Below are positions 32,742 to 42,596 of a stretch of 64,000 bases of DNA, in pieces. The translations under genes were made by a program, and so were the position numbers. The notes beneath the pieces are model-generated. The model was not told the origin of the DNA. It was given only the letters and a program-made list of their open reading frames with translations, and did not search any database. Each line of letters begins with the position of its first letter. The stretch's first letter is position 1. The DNA comes from a virus, in the IMG/VR virus record IMGVR_UViG_3300036987_000083, positions 115,490 through 179,489 of that record. One strand, given 5' to 3'.

Positions 32742-33904
32742 AAATTTTGGTGACGGCAGGTACTGTCTACGGCCCCCTTGACGCGAATAAGTTGGTCGGG
32801 AACCGTATTAGGGGCATTTGGGCGACAAGATTTGCTTGCTGGCTCTTTGCGCGCGGCCACTCGATTCACCTCTTGCTCCCTGACACGTTCGATAAGGACC
32901 GTCTGCAGAAGGAGCTGCGCGAGATGCCCTTTCCTTCGACGCCTCAGCTTGTGGCGAACTTCAAGTCACCACCCACCTTCGACATTCATTACCACGACGG
33001 GTACAACACTTACGCGGCCCTGTGTTACGAGCTGGCTCCGTCGGTGGACGCGGCTATTTTGGCGGCTGCCGTCGTGAACTGGATTCCTGAGACGCCCTTC
33101 AAGGGGAAGATGCCGACCGAAGGCTTTGAGGAGGGGGCTATTCTGAACATCCCTTTCATCCTCGCCCCACGCGTCATTGACAGGATGAAGAAGCTTAACC
33201 CCGGACTGACGCTTATTGGCTGCAAGATGACTGCAGACGCAGACAAGCTCACGACGATTCGAGCGGCCTATCAAACTCTGCTTAAGGCTCGCTGCAATGT
33301 TGTAGTGGGCAACGACCTCTCCCGGCTTAAGCTCAAGCTGTTAGTGTATCCAGACGGAAATGCAGAGGGCATGGAGGACTTCTCGCGCTTTTATCACGAG
33401 CTTGAGGCAGTACTGCTGGATAAACATTACCGTACTGAGGTGACTGAGGTCTCGGCTGCGGATGTTGCTGCCACCCGAGACGCCTGCCAACGTTTCGATG
33501 CGCTCGTTGAAAAGTATCGCACACGTTTCGTAAAGCGCATCGATGGGGGCGACCGTGTCTTCGGGGCAGTCGCAGTACGCATTGATGCGGATCACTTGCT
33601 TGTCAGCCCCCGGGAGAAGGGCGCTATGTTCTCTTCTCGGGAGGCGGTTGTGGTGACCCATGCCGACGCGCAGAAACGTCAGGTTTTCACGATGCAAGGG
33701 CAAAAGGCCACCCTTAATGCTCCGTTGCTTTTGCGCGTCATGCGCCAGTATCGCGCTTCCGCTGTTGTGCACTTGCACGAGCAGAACGCCTTGTGGCCAG
33801 AGTTGCCCTATGCGCCTCCTGGTACGCAGCGCGACAATGATCGGACGTTTGAGACCCCAGCCTTCAACATTGCGGGTCACGGCTGCATCTTTACGGAAGC
33901 CTAA
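32738..33904 (+). CDS. CoaB/DFP-like ligase domain fused to a class II aldolase-like domain
   Basis: KILVTAGTVYGPLDANKLVGNRIRG..DAAILAAAV..LIGCK..NVVVGND; C-terminal SAVVHLHE. Confidence 0.7.
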   Translation: MKILVTAGTVYGPLDANKLVGNRIRGIWATRFACWLFARGHSIHLLLPDTFDKDRLQKELREMPFPSTPQLVANFKSPPTFDIHYHDGYNTYAALCYELAPSVDAAILAAAVVNWIPETPFKGKMPTEGFEEGAILNIPFILAPRVIDRMKKLNPGLTLIGCKMTADADKLTTIRAAYQTLLKARCNVVVGNDLSRLKLKLLVYPDGNAEGMEDFSRFYHELEAVLLDKHYRTEVTEVSAADVAATRDACQRFDALVEKYRTRFVKRIDGGDRVFGAVAVRIDADHLLVSPREKGAMFSSREAVVVTHADAQKRQVFTMQGQKATLNAPLLLRVMRQYRASAVVHLHEQNALWPELPYAPPGTQRDNDRTFETPAFNIAGHGCIFTEA

Positions 33905-35008
33905 ATGTGGCATTGGCCCCTGGGGGAAATTTGCTCGCCCCTCCCGGCACTCGGGGAGCCCGGGGCGTTTGGGACCAAACGCTTGCATGACACCCATACG
34001 GGCGTAGACCTCTACTGTGACCTCGGCACGGAGGTGTTTGCGGTCGAGGGAGGTAAGGTTGTCTCTGTCGAACGGTTTACTGGGGATGCTGCTGGCAGTC
34101 CTTGGTGGCTAGAGACTTGGGCTGTGCTGGTGGAGGGTGCCTCGGGTGTGGTGGTTTATGGGGAGCTTGAAAAACCTTCTGTCGCTGAAGGCGACCACGT
34201 GGTCGCTGGCGCGCGAGTCGGTAAGGTGGCCCGCGTACTCATTAAGGATAAGGGTCGTCCGATGAGCATGCTGCATTTGGAGTTATACGCCGCAGGTACT
34301 ACAAGAACGAAGTGGTGGAGATACGAACGACCCGCAGACTTGGTTGATCCCACCCCTTATTTGCTGGAGGCAGAAATGGGAACAGAGCGGCGTAGCTGTA
34401 CCACCAGTAACTACGACAGTCTGTACGCTCGTTGGCTGGAGAAGCCTGGAGCGCTGCTGGACTGGGGCGGGTATAACCCTGCCAAGCATAACCTGTTGGA
34501 TCTTTGTGGAGGTACTGGAGCAGTTTCGCTCGCAGCCCGCACGCGTGGGGGTACTGCAACACTTTTGGACTTACGTCCTCGTTGCCCGGATGAAGAGGTG
34601 ATTCCCATCCAAGGTCGTGCTGAGAACCTAAACCTGCTCGCTAGTGGGCGTACTTGGAACTTCGTGGTGTGTAGACAATCTCTTGGGTATTTGAACCTGC
34701 CAAGGGTCGCGCAAACGCTCTACGGGGCCACTACGCCCGGGGCACTTTTCGTCTGCAACAACTTCCAAAAACCTAAGTGGTCACTTCGACCCTACCTGTA
34801 CCGGGGCAAGTGGTACGTGGAGGCGTCAGGGTACTTGGGCAAGAAGGTGTTCCACCTGCAGGCTACGGGAGATGACTACGACATTACTACCTTCCGCTGG
34901 CACACCCCCGAAGAGGTCCAGGAAGCGTTCTCTACCGCAGGCTGGATGCTGGTACGACAGGAGCTGGGGGAAAAGTCCGCAAAATTCTGCTTCCAGCGGA
35001 AACCCTAG
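33905..35008 (+). CDS. M23 peptidase fused to a SAM-dependent methyltransferase
   Basis: HTGVDL..VFAVEGGKV..MLHLEL..DPTPYL, then LLDLCGGTGAV. Confidence 0.75.
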   Translation: MWHWPLGEICSPLPALGEPGAFGTKRLHDTHTGVDLYCDLGTEVFAVEGGKVVSVERFTGDAAGSPWWLETWAVLVEGASGVVVYGELEKPSVAEGDHVVAGARVGKVARVLIKDKGRPMSMLHLELYAAGTTRTKWWRYERPADLVDPTPYLLEAEMGTERRSCTTSNYDSLYARWLEKPGALLDWGGYNPAKHNLLDLCGGTGAVSLAARTRGGTATLLDLRPRCPDEEVIPIQGRAENLNLLASGRTWNFVVCRQSLGYLNLPRVAQTLYGATTPGALFVCNNFQKPKWSLRPYLYRGKWYVEASGYLGKKVFHLQATGDDYDITTFRWHTPEEVQEAFSTAGWMLVRQELGEKSAKFCFQRKP

Positions 35009-35012
35009 CGAC

Positions 35013-35041
35013 TTGACACCCGGGCTGTCGTAGTATAGTAT
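35013..35041 (+). promoter_or_regulatory. Sigma70-type promoter
   Basis: TTGACA-17-TAGTAT. Confidence 0.7.
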
Positions 35042-35069
35042 GAGCTTCGTAGCCTGGAAGCTCTTGTAA

Positions 35070-35144
35070 GGCCTCTTAGCTCAATAGGCAGAGCGTGAAC
35101 AGTAATGACGTTCAAGGTAATCGGTTCGAATCCGATAGAGGTCG
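35070..35144 (+). tRNA. Isolated tRNA with a 9-nt anticodon loop (identity undetermined)
   Basis: GGCCTCT/AGAGGTC; canonical D and T arms; TGAAC-AGTAATGAC-GTTCA. Confidence 0.65.
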
Positions 35145-35158
35145 TCAGAGGTGACATC

Positions 35159-35803
35159 ATGGGAGCAAAGTCGGGAGGGAAGGAACTGCCGCGCGCAGAG
35201 CGGGGTCGAGCGGCCAACTACGGAGTGGCTCTTCCGCCCAGCGAGATGCTGCGGCTTATGCGCCATGGCGGCGCTGCTCCCACTGTAGAGGAGGTAGAAG
35301 CCCAAGGCCAGCGGGAGCTGATTGCGGCTAACGGTGCCTCGCTTCCCATCAAGGGGAGTGACAACCCTGTATTTGTCCGAATGGGCTTTGTTTTTGGCCT
35401 TCCGTTGGACAAGTTCTTCCGGGAAGCTAAAATGCCGATGGGGTGGAAGATACAGCCCAGTAATGAGCACGTGATGCGCAGCGATATCTTGGACTCCAAG
35501 GGTCGACGACGCGTGAGGGTCCACTACAGGGCGCTGCTTACCGCTCGAATGGCTCGCATGGAGCCTACGGTCCGGTATACTGCCGAAATAGAGTACCAAG
35601 GCGAGTTCGGTAGGCCGGGGGAGTCCAACCGGGGGTTTGTTTTTGATCACTCAACCCGAACCGAGGTGTTCTCTACTAAGACCCTGCGGCGAGAAGGGCT
35701 CGACCGTAAGTTTCTGCGCATCGAGGACTTGCGAGCGGAGACGAGCGCATGGCTCGCTACGCACTTTCCAGAGCACCAGAATCCAGAAGCTTACTGGGAT
35801 TAG
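35159..35803 (+). CDS. Hypothetical protein
   Basis: GAGG SD before ATG, after the tRNA. Confidence 0.6.
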   Translation: MGAKSGGKELPRAERGRAANYGVALPPSEMLRLMRHGGAAPTVEEVEAQGQRELIAANGASLPIKGSDNPVFVRMGFVFGLPLDKFFREAKMPMGWKIQPSNEHVMRSDILDSKGRRRVRVHYRALLTARMARMEPTVRYTAEIEYQGEFGRPGESNRGFVFDHSTRTEVFSTKTLRREGLDRKFLRIEDLRAETSAWLATHFPEHQNPEAYWD

Positions 35804-35861
35804 CTCCAGCTAGCTCGGACGGGGCTGGCAGTTTCGCCATCCGTGGGGTACACTTCGTGGA

Positions 35862-36506
35862 ATGGCACGGTTAGCATTTACAGACTACCTCCAATCCTTC
35901 CCATTTTGGATGATGGATGTCGGGATAGTTGGCGGGTTGCCAGTTTTTAATCCTGTGCTGGGGTTTGCGTCCATAACCTCACCAGAGATAACCATCGAGC
36001 AGTACCCAATTCGGCAGGCAAACTGGTATTTTGACAGAAATGTCGTGCACCGGGCCAGCATAAGCCCGTATACGGTACGTCGTGGGGTAACTTTCTACGA
36101 TTCGGATTTCTGGAAATGGTCCATGGCTGCGCTCTCTGGGGGTACGGCCTACACGACGTTCGGCTCTTCCTATCGTCGAAGCTTCGTACTCATCCATTTC
36201 TTTGCGAGAAATCCACTTGAGGGCCTGGGAGTCCCGAAGGGTCCTTTGGTCGGGGCAAAGCTTAACTTTGGTCCATTTGAATTCGCGCTTCGTGTTCCAG
36301 CGAGGGCCTACTTGCTGAAGGGCTGCATCCCCGCCAGGTGGAAGAGCGGCAACGACTTCGACGCTATGGACGGTTCGGTGTCTATTGCCGAACTGGACTT
36401 TACCTGCGAAGGTGTGGAGGAAGTCAGCTTGGGAGGGGCGGCTTCGGCAGCCGTCGGGCTATTAACGGGTGCTGCGCAACCTGTAATATCTTCCGCAATA
36501 GGGTAG
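35862..36506 (+). CDS. Second tail-tube-like (gp19 family) protein, possible tube initiator
   Basis: TDYLQSFPFW..GFASITSPEITIE..TVRRGVTFYDSDFWKW..SIAELDFTCE. Confidence 0.75.
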   Translation: MARLAFTDYLQSFPFWMMDVGIVGGLPVFNPVLGFASITSPEITIEQYPIRQANWYFDRNVVHRASISPYTVRRGVTFYDSDFWKWSMAALSGGTAYTTFGSSYRRSFVLIHFFARNPLEGLGVPKGPLVGAKLNFGPFEFALRVPARAYLLKGCIPARWKSGNDFDAMDGSVSIAELDFTCEGVEEVSLGGAASAAVGLLTGAAQPVISSAIG

Positions 36507-36517
36507 GAGTAGGGAGA

Positions 36518-36757
36518 ATGCGAAAAAAACAACGTGAATGGGAAACCCTAGATGTCGCATCCTTGTTAGGAATTGAGCTTCCTGAGGAGGCCGGACAAGC
36601 GGGTGTTACGACTACCGCTAATGTAGGGGCCTATCCTGTGCCTATCGGCCCGGTTCTTCGGCGACAGATGCTCACCAGGGGCGTTAATGGGGGGCAACTG
36701 CAAGACATCCCCTCTGCATACCGCGAGCTACTGGGGCTCAAAAAAAAGAAAAGGTAA
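36518..36757 (+). CDS. Small hypothetical protein
   Basis: GGGAG SD before ATG. Confidence 0.45.
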   Translation: MRKKQREWETLDVASLLGIELPEEAGQAGVTTTANVGAYPVPIGPVLRRQMLTRGVNGGQLQDIPSAYRELLGLKKKKR

Positions 36758-36786
36758 CAAGGGTATTGACCGGTACTTAAGCTCTG

Positions 36787-37374
36787 ATGTATGCAGTAGG
36801 CATGACAGACTTGAACGGGGAAATAGAGACGCTTCCTCAGGGCACTCTGGAAGACAAACGCTCGTGGGAGCAAAGAGTTCGAGAAGCCGCCAAGGACCGT
36901 TGCTCCAATTGTGGCGGGAATGACCGTACTCGGGTTGGCATGATTGTGCCTTCGGGGGCCGGGGGACAGACTGTGACCTCCAATGGGGTGTTGCTTTGTC
37001 GCCCCTGTGAGCTGGCCTCGGAGTCACTAGGCACCGGAAAACGCCGTGAGCAAAGTCGGCGTCTTCTTAACTTCTGGGTCAGCCGGTCGTTTTACGACAG
37101 GATTCAGCACAGCATCGAGGGCCAGAATGGCTTTCACAGCGTAAGTGCCTTGGTGCGGTACTTGATGTCGAAATACATCGTAGACGAAGCACGATTTGAC
37201 GACTTGGAGCGGCATCAGGACTCGGGTGCCGACGTCAAAATAAACGTTTGGGTGGATGTGGATGCCTACACCACTTTCAGGCAGCTCGTGGATGCCCGAG
37301 GCCTGACTGTTACTGACGCAGTGAAGAGTCTAATTCTCGTCTATCAAGAGACTATGGCGGAGCTTACCTCATAG
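36787..37374 (+). CDS. HNH-like Zn module plus ribbon-helix-helix-like repeats; putative DNA-binding regulator
   Basis: CSNCGG..LLCRPC; SALVRYLMSKY; VTDAVKSLI. Confidence 0.5.
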   Translation: MYAVGMTDLNGEIETLPQGTLEDKRSWEQRVREAAKDRCSNCGGNDRTRVGMIVPSGAGGQTVTSNGVLLCRPCELASESLGTGKRREQSRRLLNFWVSRSFYDRIQHSIEGQNGFHSVSALVRYLMSKYIVDEARFDDLERHQDSGADVKINVWVDVDAYTTFRQLVDARGLTVTDAVKSLILVYQETMAELTS

Positions 37375-37402
37375 TCTTGAAGCTTTTCCAAAGGAGTGCA
37401 CA

Positions 37403-38182
37403 ATGACGGTTGAAATGGCGAGCATCGGTGCGTTAGAGACCCCGAAGTCTACGCTGGGTGTTTTCGAGTTACCATGCGGGTATGTGGATGCGACTGGAGC
37501 GCTTCACACGGAAGTTGCCCTGCGCGAGCTGACGGGTGCCGAAGAGGACTTGCTGGCAAGCAAGCAGCTCAATGCCTTTAAGAAGTACAATGAGCTTTTG
37601 GTTCGTTGTACTCAACGCATTGGCACTATTACTGACCGAGGACAGATCGCTGCTGCTGTTAAGGGTCTACCTGTCGGAGACCGCTTGTTTCTGCTTTTTG
37701 CTATTCGTCGTGTTTCCATTGGGGACGAGTATCTTTTCGAGGAGACGTGCCCAAACACCGCGTGTAAGCATAAAGGCAATTTCTCCGTAGCGCTATCTGA
37801 GCTGAAGGTGAAGAAGATGCCAGAGCCGCATAAGCGCATTTATGACGCGGTGTTGCCCTCCGGGGCCACAGCGCGTTTTCGCGTCAGCACTGGCTTAGAT
37901 GAAGAGAAAGCTATGGCTTCTGAAGCAAAAACAGAAGAGTCCCAGCTCTCTAAGGGCATTCTCATGCGCTTGGAGTTGCTAAACGGTGCGCCACCTGAGT
38001 TGCAGGCTGTGAGGGAGATGCGGTGGCGGGATCGCGTCGCGCTACGGGCGCAGTGGGATGCGGTAGAGGGTGGAGTTGACACCGAAACTGACATGAGTTG
38101 TCCGAACTGCGGCCATGAGTACAAGAAAGACATCGAAGTGACTCCAAGTTTTTTCTTCCCTTCGGCGACATCGAAAATCTAG
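37403..38182 (+). CDS. Tail assembly chaperone / baseplate hub assembly protein (gp26-like)
   Basis: FELPCGY..LRELTGAEEDLL..LPVGDRLFLLFAIRRVS..CPNC; ends at a T TTT TTC slippery site. Confidence 0.7.
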   Translation: MTVEMASIGALETPKSTLGVFELPCGYVDATGALHTEVALRELTGAEEDLLASKQLNAFKKYNELLVRCTQRIGTITDRGQIAAAVKGLPVGDRLFLLFAIRRVSIGDEYLFEETCPNTACKHKGNFSVALSELKVKKMPEPHKRIYDAVLPSGATARFRVSTGLDEEKAMASEAKTEESQLSKGILMRLELLNGAPPELQAVREMRWRDRVALRAQWDAVEGGVDTETDMSCPNCGHEYKKDIEVTPSFFFPSATSKI

Positions 38183-38328
38183 AGAGCGATCTCTTTTACC
38201 TTATGGAGGCCTGGCATTTAGACTGGGCCGCTGTTATGGCGATGCCGTCGTCAGTCAGATACCGAATCATGCTTAAGAAAATAGAGCTGGAGAAAAAGAA
38301 GCAAGATTACGCTAATCGTCCAAGGTAG
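38149..38328 (+). CDS. -1 frameshift extension of the tail assembly chaperone (gpGT-like)
   Basis: -1 frame open after T TTT TTC: FLPFGDIENLESDLFYLMEAWHLDWAAVMAMPSSVRYRIMLKK.. Confidence 0.7.
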   Translation, partial: FFLPFGDIENLESDLFYLMEAWHLDWAAVMAMPSSVRYRIMLKKIELEKKKQDYANRPR

Positions 38329-38454
38329 CGACCACGTGGTCGTCCACTTTAGTTGACGCAATTGCGGGAGCAGTTGTAGGCTCTAGGGGCAGTACGCAGA
38401 ACCTGTCCACCAAACGGTCTAAGTCCGATAAAACGCTAACCCCAGGAGTACACC

Positions 38455-38802
38455 ATGCTGATGACTGTAACTAACATCACCGACACCGCAGGCGGCATTC
38501 TCTTTCCCGGAGTCACCATCAATACGCCCGATACGGGTCTTGCCGGTGTTTCGGCCGACGCTGTCGGCGGTAACAAGCTGTATCCCCTTCCCTACCCCTT
38601 CTCGCACGTTGGCCCCATCGCGGCAGGCGCCTCGAAGGTAATGCCTATTCACGTGAAGGACTTCGAGCACAAGAGCGTTCCTTGGCTCCCGCTGTCACCC
38701 TCGACGGAGTGGCAGATGCTTGTACAGCAGGGCATTGTAAGTGTTGCGTTCTCTGAGCAGACTCTCGGTCTGAACGTCGCAGAGTCGCTTATCCCTGCGT
38801 AA
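38455..38802 (+). CDS. Hypothetical protein
   Basis: AGGAG SD; followed by a terminator. Confidence 0.6.
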   Translation: MLMTVTNITDTAGGILFPGVTINTPDTGLAGVSADAVGGNKLYPLPYPFSHVGPIAAGASKVMPIHVKDFEHKSVPWLPLSPSTEWQMLVQQGIVSVAFSEQTLGLNVAESLIPA

Positions 38803-38832
38803 TTTGATGTGAGCGAGCGCATTTAGTAGCTA

Positions 38833-38872
38833 CAGCGGGACCTGGGCCGCTTTCAGGTCCCGCTGTTTCTTT
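38833..38872 (+). terminator. Intrinsic terminator
   Basis: CAGCGGGACCTG/CAGGTCCCGCTG followed by TTTCTTT. Confidence 0.75.
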
Positions 38873-38929
38873 ACAGCAACAAAGCCAGCTTGATGGCTGT
38901 GAAATCGAGACAGACAGACAGGAGTTCCT

Positions 38930-39298
38930 TTGGCCCGATTCGTTCTTCAACCGTGTCACCTGCGGGAAGGTAAACTGGCCCCGAACAAGGGCATGCACCC
39001 GGTCGTGTTTAGTTGGCCGGAGTTGTTAGCGGCTGTGGCTCCGTCTGGGGATTACCGAGCCAAGATGGCGTTGCGGTCCCTACGGCCTGGGGCTTACGTC
39101 GGCACGGTGAGGGACCGGCAGAACCCCAAGCTTCTTCGGAATTTTGTGGTCTTAAATCAGGATATGACCTCGCAGTTCGCTTGGCTTCTTCGAGGCAACC
39201 ACGAATTTGGTGAACGTTTGGTCGACGCGTATCGCGTGGATGAGGTAAAGTGGGAAGCCGTAGTGCAGGAATTTGATACCCTAGCGCCTTCGCTCTAG
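38930..39298 (+). CDS. Hypothetical protein
   Basis: ORF with AGGAG upstream. Confidence 0.45.
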   Translation: MARFVLQPCHLREGKLAPNKGMHPVVFSWPELLAAVAPSGDYRAKMALRSLRPGAYVGTVRDRQNPKLLRNFVVLNQDMTSQFAWLLRGNHEFGERLVDAYRVDEVKWEAVVQEFDTLAPSL

Positions 39299-39317
39299 GA
39301 GTAACTTGGAGCATTGA

Positions 39318-39935
39318 ATGTCCGACATGAACTCTCTGAATGGTTCCTCCGTGCGTGATGCGACCGGTCGCACCGGGCGCGTTGTTTCAGTTACAGAGGC
39401 TGCGGTTAACGTGGCTTGGATGCAGAAGGGACTTGTCGCAGAGGAGGCTGTGCTGGAGAGGGCCACGCTCGCGGGTGATCTCCAAGTGCTCACCCTAAAA
39501 GAGGGTTGGCAGCCCCTTGCGGTTTTAGCGGGCGTAACCATCCCCAAGGAGTCCTCGCAACTTGCACAACTCGCGGAGGAGTTGCAGAGCCTGTTTGCGA
39601 CCAGTAAGCCGAAGCTCAAGCTCCCACTTGGTGAGGCTTCGGAGAAAAAGTTAAAGAAGAAGGCAACACTGTTTGGGAAGAAGCGTCACTCGCCCTTCAA
39701 GCGCTTCGGGCGTCTCGGTCCCGGTCCCGGTACCGGTCACGGCACCCGAGAAGTGGGCAAGAAGACCCGATGGGATTGTACTAAGACGAGCGCGTACAAT
39801 CAGACCTGCACCTTGCTCAAGCGTGACGCCAAAAAGAGGCTACGTAGGACGAAGAAGACGAAGAAGATTAGAATCAACCCTTCCTACAAGAGCGGGTATA
39901 ACAAGGCCTACAAGGCTTGGCGTAAGAAGGGTTAA
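39318..39935 (+). CDS. Hypothetical protein with very basic C-terminus, probably virion-associated
   Basis: GGAG SD; K/R-rich after LGEAS. Confidence 0.6.
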   Translation: MSDMNSLNGSSVRDATGRTGRVVSVTEAAVNVAWMQKGLVAEEAVLERATLAGDLQVLTLKEGWQPLAVLAGVTIPKESSQLAQLAEELQSLFATSKPKLKLPLGEASEKKLKKKATLFGKKRHSPFKRFGRLGPGPGTGHGTREVGKKTRWDCTKTSAYNQTCTLLKRDAKKRLRRTKKTKKIRINPSYKSGYNKAYKAWRKKG

Positions 39936-39984
39936 AGACGGTAGTGGCGTGCTTGCTGCGTATTACTGGTTTTAAGGGTGATTC

Positions 39985-40758
39985 ATGCCACTGCTGTCCT
40001 CTCTTACTTCTGCGTTGGGTGTTAGCACGCTGAACGAGCGGACTAGCCCTATTGCTATTCAAGAGCTGGACGAGAACGACGATTATGTAAAAAATGGGAT
40101 GCTGCGATTTCAGTACTTCCCTGAGTCTATTTCTGACTCTAAGAGCGTAAACTGGTCTCCGAAAGAAATTCCAGGCGGCTCACTTCCACTCTATCAGTGG
40201 GTCAGCTCAGGGGAGCGAGCCTTGGCTTTCCAAGCGGTTTTCACTACCGATGTGGACTTTAGCTTGGAAGGTGCGACGACGCAGGCCAGCGTAGCCGTCA
40301 CTGCTGCGCGGTCTGGAGCCACCACCGTCGATCACGAGCAGTCCAGAAATGTAGACATCAGAACAGCGGTGATGTGGCTTAGGCGCTTTATGATGCCTCG
40401 GTACGCAGGAAAAGTAGAAACTGGGGGAGCGCTTACCCGCGCCCCGAGAAAGCTGCAGCTATTCATGCCTGGAACCGGCATTGGGTGGGCAGGTGGCGCG
40501 GGAAACACTATCCACAGCCAGCAACATTACATCACTGCAATCATGACTGCGTGTGAAGTGACTTGGGTTCAGTACTTCCCTTCAGGATTCCCTAGGATTG
40601 CTACAGTACAGCTTGGTTTCGCCCAAGTTGCTCAATTCAGGCACGTAGTAGAGTTTCCTGCGCCAGACGACTTGTTTGACCGTAAAATAATGGAGGGTAG
40701 TCCTTCGGACCTAACCTCGTTCCCATACAAACTGCGGGCGGTAGGGAATTACAAGTGA
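39985..40758 (+). CDS. Contractile-system tube/baseplate protein
   Basis: FQYFPESISDSKSVNW..IPGGSLPLYQWVSSGERALAF; ACEVTW..FPSGFPRIATVQL. Confidence 0.7.
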   Translation: MPLLSSLTSALGVSTLNERTSPIAIQELDENDDYVKNGMLRFQYFPESISDSKSVNWSPKEIPGGSLPLYQWVSSGERALAFQAVFTTDVDFSLEGATTQASVAVTAARSGATTVDHEQSRNVDIRTAVMWLRRFMMPRYAGKVETGGALTRAPRKLQLFMPGTGIGWAGGAGNTIHSQQHYITAIMTACEVTWVQYFPSGFPRIATVQLGFAQVAQFRHVVEFPAPDDLFDRKIMEGSPSDLTSFPYKLRAVGNYK

Positions 40759-41258
40759 CTAAGACTCTTTCATCCCTATTGCGTTTGGGCCACCTCTCGG
40801 AGAAGAACCACTTAGGGTTCAACTGGCGCAGCTCGGTTGTGCCGTCTGTTAGGGCGCCCGAGCTAGGAGAAAGAACTGCAGTCTTCAAGGCGCTTCGGTC
40901 CATTCTGGGAGAGACAGGGGGGTGGGAGGGCTACCGGGTGTCCCTTGATGTGTCAAAAACGCCCAGTCCCGCTTTTGGTTTTCGTACCAAATCTGCGGAG
41001 GAGGTCTGGGTCTACGCAAGGAAGATAGCGGAGGCCCACCCAAAGGAGGCCTCATCCACCATCATCTCTAAGGCCATAGAACAGTCTGGGATACCCGTCA
41101 GCGAGCTGACCCCGGAGGACATGAAGCTGCTGGAGATGGCAGTTAATTGGTACCTGGCAGGCAAGATAACTGGTACAGAGTCCCCTAAGACACCGCCGTA
41201 TGGCGGAAACAACACGTCAGGTACGCAGGACAATTTCCCGGATTCGGGGTCACTATGA
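40755..41258 (+). CDS. Hypothetical protein
   Basis: Overlapping gene chain. Confidence 0.55.
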   Translation: MTKTLSSLLRLGHLSEKNHLGFNWRSSVVPSVRAPELGERTAVFKALRSILGETGGWEGYRVSLDVSKTPSPAFGFRTKSAEEVWVYARKIAEAHPKEASSTIISKAIEQSGIPVSELTPEDMKLLEMAVNWYLAGKITGTESPKTPPYGGNNTSGTQDNFPDSGSL

Positions 41259-41848
41259 AGCCTTTACCGAAAAATAAGCGGCTCCTTCTCCAAAAAAAGA
41301 AGCTTCTCCTGCAGAAAACGATGCGGGGAGAACTTGAGAAACTTCGTGAGATGGTTTCAAACCTTCTAGGCCAAGAGACGGCAATGGCGCCTCCCCAAGG
41401 GTCAAAGGCGTCACTGCTGGGCGGGAGGCGTCGGGCATGGCGGCGAAAGCTGTAGTTATTCCGGAGACGCCTGCCGAACCTGAGGCAGGTTCGGACATCT
41501 TCTTGATTGCGATGCCGTTGGCAACCTACCGGGCGTTGTCGGACACGGCGGCAATTAGAAACATGACATTTGCCCAAGCTATGCAGCAGGCACTGAATCA
41601 GTGGATTGAAGCTGTTCCGACTTTGCCGAGTTCAGTACCAACGGCTCCAATCCAAAAGTGAGGCAGTGGGCCGTACCCCGCTGCGGGACGTTTGACACCT
41701 TTAGCTGCTCCTCTGGCGGTGCTACTGTCGAGGAACAGCTCTGGTCGACATGCTGGCATTTCGTGACTGTTTGGAAGTAGATGGCGCATTACGCAGACTC
41801 GGTGCATTATGCTGGGTAGAAGCACGGTACTTTTGAGAGGAAACTGAC

Positions 41849-42277
41849 ATGCCCTTCCCTGCGTCTTGGCCTCCGCGAGTAGCTTCCGGCGTTAGGTCCC
41901 TTCGGTTTTACGTTACAGACACCGCCACTGCAGACTTTGCGGACAAGGCCTATATGTTTGCGGAGCAAGCTTCTGCAAACGTTTACACAGCTTTGCCTAC
42001 GATAGCTCCGGGCAGCAAAACCACGGTGAACGTGCCTGGAGTCGCTGGTACGGGCTTGGCGACTCCGACGACCGCAGGGGTTTCAGGACCCTTGGCTCAA
42101 ATCTGGTCTGGTAACATTCGTATTACGGTGACTGGGGTCAACCTCGAAATAAGCTTTGATGGGACTAACATTCACGGGCTCGTTAAGGCCGGGGATAGCG
42201 TCATCTACCGTCAACGACACGAGTCTGGGATTGCAGTACGGGGCAATGGCGCGGTCTATACTATCGAAGCCTGGTGA
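41849..42277 (+). CDS. Hypothetical structural-type protein
   Basis: GAGG SD; beta-rich composition. Confidence 0.6.
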   Translation: MPFPASWPPRVASGVRSLRFYVTDTATADFADKAYMFAEQASANVYTALPTIAPGSKTTVNVPGVAGTGLATPTTAGVSGPLAQIWSGNIRITVTGVNLEISFDGTNIHGLVKAGDSVIYRQRHESGIAVRGNGAVYTIEAW

Positions 42278-42281
42278 CTAC

Positions 42282-42596
42282 ATGAAGAACTGGTGGACAC
42301 ACACAAAGGCTTGGCTACTGCTTGCGGTTGCTGTTGGCGTCTCCGTGTTGCTCTTGGTGCTGCGTGCCTTGATGCTGAAAAAGGGCGAATCCGTAACTCC
42401 GGGTTTCGGGGGGCTTCCTCCTGCGCCTGTAGCATTACAGACGGCAGCAGAGGCGGCATACGATGCCTCGGTAGAGGTGAAAGCTACTACGAAAGCAACA
42501 ACGGCGGCTGCGAAACTTCAGCTTGAAGAGATTTCAAAAATGGAAGATCGCAAGGCGCGGAGGGCGGCGCTAGCCCTTTTCGTGAAGAACTCCTAG
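42282..42596 (+). CDS. Small membrane protein
   Basis: N-terminal hydrophobic helix followed by coiled coil. Confidence 0.55.
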   Translation: MKNWWTHTKAWLLLAVAVGVSVLLLVLRALMLKKGESVTPGFGGLPPAPVALQTAAEAAYDASVEVKATTKATTAAAKLQLEEISKMEDRKARRAALALFVKNS

